From Tubulanus polymorphus (taxonomy: Eukaryota > Animalia > Nemertea), in contig NC_134036.1 in the NCBI RefSeq assembly GCF_964204645.1, positions 4,184,600-4,248,599 of the forward strand: DNA of 64,000 nucleotides, given 5' to 3'. The position numbers and the translations under genes are program-made. Of this stretch, positions 27,001-40,000 are shown piece by piece. How positions within the stretch are numbered: the stretch's first letter is position 1; the number at the start of each line of letters is the position of its first letter. The notes beneath the pieces are model-generated. The model worked only from the letters and a program-made list of their open reading frames with translations, was not told the origin of the DNA and did not search any database.

Positions 27001-30000
27001 TCCGATGGAAAACCATTGAGCTACACGGAGTGGTATAAACCTACAAATAACGAAACGATACCAGAAGTTATTCGAGGCTTGATATCTCCTCTAAGAAAAC
27101 AACCGATGAATGACGTAAATATGCCGTGTACGGCGATGATGCTGGATAATCCACGAGGTTCGGCGAACTGGGTTCGATTCCCATGTCTTATCGAGGAGGT
27201 TCATACGACGTTTGCTTGCGAATCGGATAGAAATAAAATAAAGTCCGATGTTAATATGACTAGATACGAAAATGAAAATAAAGATACCGATGTAAATGAT
27301 TTATTTCCAAAGCTAGACGACACCAAATTAAGCTGTGTACGGGGAATGGTACTTATAGCAGGACGATGTTATCAAATACTGACAAATTGGAACGAAAACC
27401 GAAGTTTAGATATTGGAAGCGCGAGAGAAATGTGCCGTGGTATCAGCGGTGATATAGGTGAGATTCCTGTAAATGTAAATTTCGTAAACCTTTTAGTCAC
27501 TACATTTGACTATCAACACCAATATGGCGCCATATTAGTAATGAATGGGTACGGCAGAGCCATAGTGATACAGCCATTTGTGACCAGGGACTATATCACC
27601 TACCATCATTCATTGGTTTGGTCCTTCGAAACCACCGAAAGTGCAGAACTTGGTGATGTGCATTCTGTATTATGTTCCTACAATGGAAGTGGTGATGAAT
27701 TGGCTTCTATAAGCGGTTGTAAATCGTGGCAGTTTAAATGTAACGATCAAAGATGTATCAGCGACCATCGCGTATGTGATACCAGACACGACTGTCAACA
27801 CGGTGAAGATGAACTAAATTGTGCGGATATCAATTTGCACAGCCAGTTTCAATGCGATGATGGTCAGGTGATATCAATAAGTGGATTCTGCGATTTCATA
27901 CAGGATTGTGTGGATAGTTCTGATGAAGAATCTTGTATTCATCCACCGTGTTTGTCCGGGCAATTTCGCTGTAGCAACGGTCAATGTGTCGGTAAGACTG
28001 GAATTTGTGATGGAGTCACTAATTGTAAAGACGACTCCGATGAAATGGGATGCACTGTTGAACTATGTCAGGGCTTCCTGTGTAACAGTGGAGACTGTAT
28101 CAGTTCTGAGTTGTATCAGGATGGTATCGATGGCAGTGGGAGCCTTGAAGAAGATGAGTTAGTAACAACTAGTGTTACAGTGAATCCTATGGTCCAGTGC
28201 AATGATGAAAACCACTGTACGACTAACTTCATTAATCTATGCACAGAATCTGATGAACAAAGATGTTCTTTTAATTCTCCTCATTGTTATTCAAGACGCC
28301 ACAGATGTATTCTGGAAAGATTGATAAATAGTTTCCCAGTTTGTAGAAATCTTGAGCACGTATTAAGATGTGAAGAATTTGAGTGTCCAGCTAGTACTGT
28401 AAAATGTCCATCATCTTATTGTATACCGATCAGACAGGTGTGCGATGGTCAGTCAGATTGTCCTAATTCAGAAGATGAACAAAACTGCGAGACATTTTCA
28501 TGTCCAGGAATGTTTAAATGTGGTCAGGAAAGTCGATGTATTCCACAATCTGAAGTTTGTGACGGTGTTGTTAATTGTAAAAACACAACTGATGACGAGG
28601 CTTTCTGTAACGTCACGTGTCCTAGTCATTGTCAATGTCAAGGTCATTCAGTAGACGGTAGGAATGTTGGATTTATAGATATTACTGGTGTCATCACGAT
28701 TTCAACTCGAGTCCTAATTTTGTCCAATAACAGCCTTCTTTTTAATGCGTCAACATTTTCTTCTTTCGTCTATCTTCGCATGCTCAACCTTTCCTCAAAT
28801 AAATTGTTTCAAATTCTACCAAATTCATTCACAAACCTGCATAATCTACGAACGTTAGACCTTACGTATAACTCGATTACATCTATATCAACTAATACAT
28901 TCAACGGGTTGATTAGTTTGAAAGAACTTTTCATAACTGGAAATCCAATTCGATATTTAGAAGATGGTAGCTTTAATGGTTTAATCTCGCTTTCCAGTTT
29001 AGACCTTCACGGACTGTACATTTCAATACTTGCTGCTAATGTATTCAAAGGTCTATCCTCAGTGATTTCAATGAATATCAGCAGCAATAGAATTAATTTC
29101 ATATCGGAGTATGCCTTTTCTGGTTTACGCGAACTTTTGCATCTTGATTTATCTAACAATTCCAATTACATTTCCACAGAAATAGGCGTTTTCGACAATC
29201 TGACATCATTAGTCTCGCTAACGTCTGATGCTTACAAATTTTGCTGCATGGCTCCGAATGTTGACCAGTGCCTTCCTGAAGCCGATCAATTTTCCTCCTG
29301 TTCTGATTTGATCGGTAACACAGTTCTCAGAGCTATCATCTGGGTCATCGCCGCGTTCAGTTTCTCCGCGAACAGTATGGTCATTTTACTTCGCATTCAA
29401 CTGCCATCATCCGAAACGCGTTACACATCTTCTGACATCCTCATCACAAATCTCGCAGTCTGCGATTTCATGATGTCGATCTATTTGTTTTTGATCGCCG
29501 GTGCCGATAACATTTACAAAGGAGTCTATTTTCTAAATGCTGAAATCTGGACGGACAGTTCAATGTGTCGTTTTGCTGGGATTTTAGTTACCATCTCTTG
29601 TGAAGGATCTTTGACATTCTTGCTTCTCCTAACGCGTCATCGATACTCGAACATCGTCGATCCATTTTCCGATAGTGTGATGATCACTCCTAAACACCTC
29701 ACCAGTATTTGCTGTCTTTGCTGGATCATTTTGAGCATCATTTCTTTGTTACCGCTGTCACAATCGCCGTACTTCGGTACGAAGTTCTACGGCACTACCG
29801 GAGTTTGTTTGCCTATGAATTTACTTACAATCGACGTTAAAGCCTGGCATTATTCATTGGTCATTTTTGCTGCATCGAACTCGGTCGTACTTGCTACAAT
29901 AATGGGTACTTATGCCCAAATGTACAGATTCGTTTCTGGAAGCAGGTCCGGTTCTGGTAGAGCTGATCCTACCGAACTGGTTTTGGCACGTAGGAGTTTG

Positions 30001-30216
30001 GTGATAAATCTTTGTAATTTATTTTGCTGGCTGCCATTAATTACCGTTCAGTTTTGCGCGGTACTCCGCGTTGACATTCCGAATCAGGTGGCGGCTTGGC
30101 TGGCAGTTCTTTTCTTACCGATCAACTCGTCCCTCAATCCTGTTCTTTACACCATACTGACGATTGATATAAAATCCGTACGAGCAAAGAACAAACGCTT
30201 CCGCAGACAGAGGTGA
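24024..30216 (+). CDS. GRL101-like LGR GPCR copy 3, ~1943 aa; exons 24024-25253, 25342-26703, 26977-30216
   Basis: Same exon structure and open frame; two conserved cysteines are lost (LDLa4 and LRRNT). Confidence 0.9.
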
Positions 30217-32216
30217 ATTTACTAAATTCGATTTACACCGACAAATATAATTAAACTGTTCAATACACATTCATATCTGATGTTATGACGAATATTAGTG
30301 GTTCACCTTTCGCAGTGCGGTTTCAAATCAAATGTCAATAGCTCCGATAATTGGGACTGCCATTGGCCACACGATCATTGTGAATGCTATAAAGTCTTAC
30401 CTCCTTGATCTCTTGATAACTATACATTTTTCCCTTTGCAGGAAAGTCATATATATTTTTGACCAGCTTACACATTGAGCATTTTCAGTCCCGGTTGTAG
30501 AAGACGTAATTATTAACACACAACACAGATACCGGTACCACTTGTATCAGTGTTTTCATAAGCACACAGTACATACCACTTTTATTATATATAGTTCGTA
30601 GAAAATAGATCATATCTTAATGACTGAAAGGAAAAAGCACTGGTTTGCACGCACCGTTCTCGAGACGAGATATCGTATTCTACGTTTATGTGTTATTTAT
30701 AGAAGATAGTGTTTTTGGTCTGTGCCAAACTACTGAATACTAATACAGATCTTGATACGGGTCCAACGAGCTTTGACGATGGAAAAGCTAGCCGAACAAT
30801 CTCGGCATAGCGTCGACAACATTCGTGCTGGTTTATTTTTAACTAGATATTGCGCACTGATTATATGTTGTACGAATGGAAGGTCCAAAATCGATGTTGC
30901 ATGGGACTAAGCACCTCTTTATAGAAATCAATCCTGATCGACTGAAAATGAATTCACGTGCATCGCACGGGCACCAGGCATTGCAATGACTAGGACTGGG
31001 AAAACGTGAACGATATGCAGTAAACGATGTTGTAATATTCACTCATATAGCCCGATAGACGTTGTCTTAAAGAAATAAAAACAAATCGCCGAAAGTATTT
31101 GTGTTGCGTTTATTAAATGCCGTGAGTTGTAACGTTTCGAGGAAGGTATTTTCACAAAAGTTGATGTTGATATTGCTAACAAGAACGACCCAACAAAACC
31201 TTACGAGTATGATATAATGCAATGTCTACCTTTTTGATACGATACGACGATGCGATGCTCTAAATGAACTATTCTATCTCTCGTGTTTTAGGAGCTATAA
31301 TTCAAAACCCGCTTTCATCAAATTAAACGATGTAGAGTACGAAGAACGTGACGGTGACAAGTTCGAACCATCCAATCGTACCGATCACGGCTTACCGACT
31401 CTATAAATTCAATACGCCCCTACTCGGCGGATAACATTTCTGAGCAACTGATTCAATGTGCCAGCGAAGATTTTCCATCAACCTGTTAATCTAAACGAGC
31501 TGAAACAAGCCCTGGTATTATCTAACGCTTTTCTGAAAGTATCGATTTGTGTATACTGTTCATACTCCTCGTTGGTAAACGCGTTTTGGAAATTACATCT
31601 GTTCATACGCGTGGATATATATTTCACAGTTCTGACTATCCGAATACAGTCAACAACCTCACTGAACAGTTAAACGCTTTACACAGATACTGTACATGTT
31701 CAATCTGTAAAGAATTTTTTCTCTTGTTTAAAGCCAGTTCGATGGTAGTTTTAGAATTCAAATTGTGGCGCCTAATCACTGTATTTGCGCCGCTATCATT
31801 GGTTAAAGTTCCATCGTTCGTCGTACTTCCGGTCACTGTCCGTGCAGTTGATATTGAGTCTTGTGTGATCCGACGTGTAGCTGGTGGCTGTTTCTCCTTG
31901 ATTTGTTTGATTAATGTCTCAACCGTTCTGTAAGTTTTCTATTTTCTATTGTACTACGTATTCACTATTCATTCTTCGTAAATTAATGCCACATTATCCC
32001 AGTTTATTTGAGAATCTAGAATTCAATTATTTCGAACATTGTAGCTTTTTTGTATTATAGACCATTTCTGAATGTCATTTAGAGCATCGTTCTTTGTATT
32101 TTCTATAGAAACGGCTTGGTATGACCAGAGGCAATTTGTTGTGAAATCTTTTCTGGCTGCTAAAATACACAATATCAATATCCCGACCAATTGTAAGTCT
32201 ATCTAATTACAGAACT

Positions 32217-32352
32217 GGGACCGGTTGCAAAGCAACGGCTTAGACTTAAAACCCAGTTTAAAACCAGCTTAGCAGCCAATCTAACAATCTAAGGCTACTC
32301 TTAAGATTATAGACCACTTTTGGAATCAAGCCATGAATGTGCAACCAGTCCC
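32217..32352. mobile_element. Short MITE-like element
   Basis: Terminal inverted repeats gggaccggttgca ... tgcaaccagtccc. Confidence 0.55.
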
Positions 32353-32661
32353 TGAATCTAAAGTCTGATTAGACCGCCATACAACGTTGGAACGGGGTTC
32401 AGGGACAAATTAAACCAGGGTAGTACAGGTACACAGGTTAACTGATTTTATCAGCAAATCGCCAGCATTCAAGTTAACTGATTTGACACATAAACGACTC
32501 CTCTACGCAGCCCCTCTTAAAGACAAAAACAAATGACGACAGTACCTCGAGTGTAATGTTTTCGAACATATAACACATTGAACCGGATCCAAGAAATTGA
32601 CTATAAGCTGCGACCGATCCAGACAGGTCCACGAAGAGCACGTGCTCCCTTTTGAAAAGAT

Positions 32662-33043
32662 TCAGAAGTTTGGTAAAATATGAGACAACTCATTGTACGA
32701 GAGGTTGAGCATGCGCAGATAGACGAATGAAGAAAAGCTTGACGCTTTTAAAAGAATGCTGTTATTGGAAAACATCAGAACTCGAGTTGATATCGTGATT
32801 AGACCAGTAATATCTGTAAAATCTAGATTTCTACAGTCCACAGAATGACCTTGACATTGACAATGACTAGGGCACGTCACATTACAGAATGTCTCGTCAT
32901 CAGTTGTATGTTTACAATGTCAAAGTCTGCCCTTTAATCCGCCCCCGATACACTCAAAATCCTAGATTTTACACGAAGTACAAATCACTTACTAGTAATC
33001 GAAATCAAGCACGACTATTTGTGTCCTAAAACCAAAAGTGCCT
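32662..33043 (-). pseudogene. Inverted, internally deleted fourth GPCR copy
   Basis: 32662-32918 encodes CKHTTDDETFCNVTCPSHCQCQGHSVDC...LNLSYNELSHILPNF*. 32918-33043 matches the gene's upstream UTR exon/intron (copy 2 ~14530-14660). Confidence 0.88.
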
Positions 33044-34053
33044 GTCGGTGGATCACTGCTGAAAATCAGAATTTCACTAAGGGTTTATGATAATTTTTGT
33101 ATCGCGTAGTTCATCTTTTACCCATGTAGATGTCGCTGATTATGACGTAATATGGGCTTCACGCTGAATTCAATAAAGAGCGAACAAAACAGATATAGAA
33201 TATTTTGAAAATGTTACTGCGCGGTCGTTTTTAGAACGGAAGGAAGCAGAGGAAACAAGAAACATTATATTCTTCATCACCCCGGCCTACCTACTTATTG
33301 TATATATAAAACGTTTAAAATGTTCTTGATTAATATAGTTAATCATTACGATTATTATCATAACATATATTATTATTCAAAAATTTAGAATCTTTGAACA
33401 ATGCTTTCTTATGGAAATAGATTGGACTGTTGTTTGTTTTTTTTTTCAAGGAAAATGGTTTGAAGCTATCGTCGCGCGTGTTCCAGATGATGGTTGAAAG
33501 ACTCGAAGACCAAGTCGGCGTTGACTACGAGATATTATATCCGTCGTGGAACTAAAACCCACAGATCGGTTACTCGAGACTACCCGTACCGACGCCGAAT
33601 GTCTAATTAGATCTTGGGTTAGGCAAGGCTTGTATTTGAAGTTTAAACTGTTGCTTAGATCATCCAATATCCAAGATACTATATATATAAAAAGAATACT
33701 TGGATTTTGGATGATAAACCTGCACCGGCCCAAATCACCCCCCTGTGACGTGAGAATTTTTCGCAAGCTTTTAGAGAGTCCATAAAATGGTCTTAATTCG
33801 TAATTGTCGAGGGAAGTGTAATTAATTTACTGTACTAAGTTCTAGAATGGAATGTTAATTACAGAATAGTTTTTGGGAAAGCCATTTCGATTTCGGAAAA
33901 GCCCGCCAGAATTCAACGTTTGGTTCAATATAGTATTGCTTTTAATTGATTTTTTGTCGCGCGTCAGTCATTCTCAAGGTCGTCGAGCTGGACTGACGCG
34001 CTTCCGAAAAATAGATTGCCAAATTAAAAAGAATATCGCCGTTCAAAAAGACG

Positions 34054-37000
34054 ATGAGTGATGAAAATATGGACGAGTGCACGGTTACTGGAACCTGCAT
34101 GAAAATGTGTCCTCTGTACGAAGTCAGATTGTAAGTAGAGTGAAGTTTAGGAGCTCCTTTCTACCTTGAAAGAAGTTAAAACTACAAAATTGCCGCTGCC
34201 TGCGCTGTTGTTGAGAAGTCTGCGTCACTTTTCTGTTTCTGTTTAGTGTTTGTGTATGCGTTGACGTAACCACTTCTCAATAATTTTCCATAATAATCTC
34301 GATAATTTTGCCTTTTCTCTTTGAGCTACTGTCTGTCACACATGCTCTTCGTGCGACGTTTTGGTCCGTAATTTCGTTAATAATCGGTTGATCTGTAAAT
34401 ATTAATTATGCATCAATTTGTTCAGTAAGGAATTTGCATTCAGAAATAAATCATGAACCGGCAGAAATTTGTTTGTGTTTTCTTCTATCAGCGATAGTTT
34501 ACCTAGCATACGCTCGCGTAATGCTGAAAAACGGCTTTCATGGCCCGTCACGTGGCGCCACCTACTGTATTTTGATATGCTAATGAGCAGGTGATGACGT
34601 CACTGTAACGTTTCCGAGCGTCCGCGGAGCGGATTTATCAGCATTACGCGAGCGTATGCTGAGTAAACTATCGCTCATAAATGAAAACAAAAACAACTTA
34701 AGTGAAAATTGTTGTTTATTTCTGAATGCAAATTCCTCACTGAACAAATTGATGCATAATAAAGGTAGATAAACCGATTATTAACGAAATTACGGACCAA
34801 AACGTCGCACGGAGAGTAGGTGTGACAGACAGTAGTTTAGTCTGAACAACCGACGACAGTCTTAATTTGTCAGTTTTTTGGTTTGGTTCGTTCGTTCGGT
34901 GTTTACTGTTTCAGTAGTGTGGAGTAGTAGTGTGGGTTAACAGGGCTTACAGTGGTCCTTCCTTTGGAAAAAGTTTGGACAAACATCATCTTTGGGTAAA
35001 AGTGCAGATCCGCACCTCTCCGCGTAAACGGTTCAATCAATTACATGAAATATCATTGTTTCAGATTCAAAATGTCATCAGCAATTCAGTACATTGCCAT
35101 TGGCATTGGCTAATTTTTAGATATCTTCACTAGAGAGAGTAGAAAGATTTAAGCCTGGATTCTGTCATTCAGCAGATTGCGTCAATCACGAGAGGTGCGG
35201 ATCTGCACTTTTACCCATCTTTGTCCTTCTTTTTGACTCTGAAGTCCGTCCTTTTGATAAAACAGTGCTTCCGCATTAGATTTTTATGTATATTTCCTTT
35301 GCAATTTTGTCGCAAATTCAACTGTTGAACTGTTTTTTACTCAGGCCTGGTAATTCAATTGTCAGCAAAATTGAATATACAAGAAATTGTTATGGAATTA
35401 CCCATATGACTGGTCAACATGACTAGTATTCCAGTGAAGGCATTGCAAAAATGCTCCTTTATGGGCCCTCATTTTACAGGAAAGGACTTCTTTCCGAGTC
35501 AAAAAGTCCATCCTCCTTCCGTGTCAAAAAATTGCCAAAAAGTCGTTCTTAGTACTTCTTTTCACCCTGGCCTTACGACTGCACTGGAAACCCTGTTAAT
35601 GTGGTTAGGAAGAAGGTTCTGAAGATCTAGAAAGAGCCCTAAACATTGTGTTTTTGTCTGAATTCTTTCAATAATAAATATTTAAGATTATTTAGAGTTC
35701 TGATTGTTCTTCGTTTTTTCCAGAAGGCAAAGGGAAGGCTTGTTGCATCCGTTCGAAGTGGTTCCCGGTACCGAGAAGAATAGAAGGTAAGCCCGAATGA
35801 TTGTAGGTCAGAGGGGAACTGCGACACCAAATGGTGGCCGAGCGCTAGGTTTTACCGTCGTCAAAATTAGTTCATCTATTTCAACATGATTTTTAGGCTT
35901 CGTAAATCTCACTAGACCCACCAAATATAGGCCTATATTAATTTCATTATCTCTCGATGATCGGTATATAGTTTTCATTGATTCAATTAAAATTTCTTGG
36001 AAACTGCAAACGAATCCTAAAAATAATTCTACTCATCAACACATTTATTGTGTGCCCAATTTCCGATGTTGGAAGCTGAGAGATAAAAGTTCATCGAAAA
36101 TGAACGTAGTTTTGACGCGCCTTATTCATACGCGCCATTCAGCTGGATGGCTGGTGTCTGGAGGTCCTCATTGCATCCGGCACCTTGAGCCTACCAATGC
36201 TACTGTGGCGATTGAGGATTCCGCTTATGGCAAGCGAGGATTCGCCAGGTTCACTAGTAGTTAGCCTACTCGGTTTTCAGCGTTCGATTTCTTCTGCATT
36301 TCAGTTTAAGTTGAATGGACTTTTCTCCGGAGTAATTCAATTATTAATGAAAATGTTACCATCACAGTGAAGAAAAAGAAGTTGATGCATATTTGATGGT
36401 GCTCGTGATAATACATATGGATTCGGGAGCCGAAAATTGAAAATTGATTGAAATTTAACTAATTTTTCCGACTTGCAACTAAGTGCCCGATACGCCATCT
36501 GGGGGGATAACCGGTATTGCAGCTCCCCGTTGGATGCTGTCGCCCGATTTTTCAGCCAGTACTCAAACGTTTCAGTGATTTTGTCTTTTAGGCCGAGGGC
36601 GCATTCGAAGAATGTAGTTAAGTCGTACAGCCGATGCGCGGCGGGCCGCACCGACCCCGAACCGAAGCACCTGCGACCCCTACCCATGCTGGTGGATACC
36701 GTCGACTTCCTTCTAGAAAAGTACGTATCGCCCTTATTTCGATTTGCTCCTTGATTATGCAGATGGCGACACCGTCCACTACCCGCTAGATTAACTACTT
36801 TACCCTACAGATGGCGGCACTGTTCGCTTCCCGCTAGATTGACGACTTAACCCTATAGATGGCAACACTGTCCATTGCCCGCTAGATTGACTACTTTACC
36901 ATATCAATGGAGGCACTAATAGGTTATCTTCTTAGACGGTGACATTGTCCACTGTTCGCCAGATTGACAAGTTTATCCTAGGGTTAAAAGGGTATAACAG

Positions 37001-40000
37001 TTTCCGGGAGATTTTGAATTAATTTTTCCTACCTGGGAATTCTGATTTATTTTCCTAAAAATTGAGGAAATGGTGTATTTTTCGCGTCAACTTGTTGTTG
37101 CTGGTGATCAAGGGCCAGAATGAAAGAAAAAGAGCCCGCACTGCGGATACTCAATCGCAGTATTTTCGGTCAGCAGTCGGGGAAAATAACTATCAGGGAA
37201 TTTCGGATCAAAAACTGATTCACGTTTCATAAATTATCGAATCGTCTATTTTTTTTCCTTGCAGAGTAGCGACGCGGGTCGACGCCTCGTGGGTCGACGT
37301 TTACGATTACGCGTTCGACCGGTTGCGAGCCGTTCGCCAGGACGCCGTTATCCAGCGATGCCGCGGCGCCGGCATGCAGCGCGCGCTCGAGAAAATCGTC
37401 GAGTTTCACGTTTACGCCGGGTACAGGTGAGCGGCATAGTTTTCTTACCATTCAACGTTGAATTATCACAGCGGCGTTCCTACAGCCCCTCGATTCCCTC
37501 AAAAAATCCTCAAATTCCAAAATTCAATTACGAGCGTATAAAACCCCTCAAATTATGAGTTTTAGCCCTTGGCCGTGCTAAAGTAAAATGATAGTAAACT
37601 GTTAGTCATTCAAATTCCGATAATGTGTCTTTTAGAAAATCTAACTTAGCACATATTTAAGGTTCACCCCTTCGAACAATGGTAGATATGTCCTTGTATT
37701 CCGCCAGCAGTTAGAAAATATTTACTCGAAGTTCATAGTTGGTCTTAAAAACACCCCTCAGTTTTTGGTGATAATAGTATGCCCTCCTCTAAGCCCCTCG
37801 AATACTTAATAATTTGAAAATTGTGATCCCGTCCGAACCCTGTATCGAAACCTGGAAATGCTGGGGATGTCGTGAAAATTCCACCCCATCGTATTGTATA
37901 GCTTAAAGGCATCTACACTGCAGTGCCGTGTATTGTTACTTAATAAACATTGATTGTGTTTGACAGGTGCTGTCTTCTTTCGAAAGAGATAGCGACTAGT
38001 TACTAATAACATCAATGCACCGCAATGCCGTGTACTTGTGAAGTCAAAACTGATTTATACGCCACGCTGAAAGGGTTATTGCGGAAGAAATGACGATAAT
38101 ATTCGTTGAGATGTTTTTTCCTCGTTCCGTAGATTGTGCGAGGAGCCGCAGGCGCGGTTCGACCCGAAAATAAACGAAACGCACGCTCAGGAATGTCTGA
38201 AACGATTGTTGCGACGGTACGAAGACGAGGGCGACCGCTGCGGTAACCGCGCGCGATTCGAGGCCGTCTACTTGCTGTACAATCTCGGCAGCTACGACGC
38301 GCTCGCTCACTGCTTACAACTACACGCCGATTTGAGGTTCGTAACGTTATCGTTTTAGAATTATCGAGGTTTTTTCTACGATGGATGGAATTCCGTCAAC
38401 AGGGGCTGCAGTTGCTCGAGGTGTGGTTAAAGGTAACCGTTGGATAAATACAATAGTAACAATGAACTTTTAATTTCCACCATGTCAACTATCTTCTTGT
38501 TACCTATAACCAACTTTTGAGCAAATGGCCCTACTGTTGTGTAAGATTTCTTTGTTAGGCTTTGATATCGTGAGTCTCCTAATCGGCCGCTTAATTTTGA
38601 AAACGCCGAGAAAAGTTGTAATCAGTTCATGTATGTAGCTGCCGGGTCTGTTATTGTCAGCTTTATCATGACTTCTAAAAAAAGTTAAGGGTAGATGGTC
38701 GGCCTGCAGGAACAAGGTATCAGCGTTTTTTTAGCCTCCTAGATGATTCAGTAGACTCTGTCTCCTGCTGCGGTAGAGTTGAGACTGGTAAAATTCTCCC
38801 CTGAGTTGTCGTCAAATACTGAGTAAGAGTTTGTGAAATACAGTAGACTCTGTCTCTTACTGCAGTTAAGTTAAGACTGGTAAAATTCTACTCTGAGTTG
38901 GTGTCAAATACTGAGTAAGAGTTAGTGAAATACAGTAGACTCTTGAATAGTGATCAGTTAATCTAAGATTGTTAAACTAATTCGAACTCTCGTATTTATT
39001 CTTACAGGAAATCGGATGTTGTTTGGTTGGCTTGGAAAATCAACATGGCGTATTTAGAGTGTAACTACGTGCGAATGTTCAGACTAGTCGACCGGCTCAA
39101 TCCGGTTTTACTATGCGCCTTCCATCGGCATTTAAACCATATTCAAAAGTAAGCAAATCTTTTATTGACATATTGTTAATAATCATAATTTTACTGAATC
39201 ATTTTAGTTAATGAAAATGAGAAGGTCGTCGATAGTCATAACTAAATCATGATTTTACTGAATTGTTGAAGTAATTGGGAAGAAATTCATCATAAGTACA
39301 ATATTAGTTAGTACCCTACAACTCCTTGATTCCTTGTAAACGCCTAAACCGAAAATTCTTTTTTCTAGGTGCTTGAAATACCTTTAGTTTTAGCAAAATG
39401 CCCTTCAATTTTGAGCAATTGGCAAATGTCCGTAGTTGTGCAGTAGACTACGCCTAAATGCGTACAGTTGGGACCTGGATATTTTCTTTACGTCTCAATT
39501 AGGTAGTTTCTGAATTAGAACCCGAGTTAACTAGTTTAATTAGGAGTAAGTGGTCCACTATAATTAAGGGTATAAAAATTAAGCGGGCAATTCCTTGAAA
39601 TTTGATATTTTTTTCTTTGAAAACTGTTTCCTGAAATATCCCGGAATGACCGATCCGTAGGGATCTGTTTATTTTCTTCTATTCTTCGACAAGTGCTTTC
39701 GTCCCAGTCTCCTCTGGACTTAACCTGTCAGTGCTACACCAACTCCGTAGTACCGTATAATGAATTTTAGGATTCACAAAACCAGATGCTTCTAGGGATA
39801 TGGGGGACATCCCCTCATATAAAGTCTGGCTACAATCGGCTTGCTCACTGGTTGGCACACCTCTATGTGATGCTAGTCTTCGTAATCTTGGCAAATTATG
39901 GGACCCTCTTGTTTTTTAAAGGGACCTGATTTCTTCAATTTCTTATTGGTTTTATATATACCGGTATATATATTTACAGATTTGCCCTGAAGAGAATGTC

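Larger units (their letters stand above)
2995..31220 (+). repeat. Tandem segmental triplication carrying the GPCR gene
   Basis: Homologous flanks: ~2995-3400 matches ~13885-14285; 3' flanks 12580-13780, 21660-23220 and 30217-31220 match each other. Start codons at 6352, 15454 and 24024 (spacing 9102 and 8570 bp). Confidence 0.93.

Noticed and set aside
33446-33785. ORFs upstream of SAC3D1
   Set aside because: No recognisable domain or consistent exon structure.
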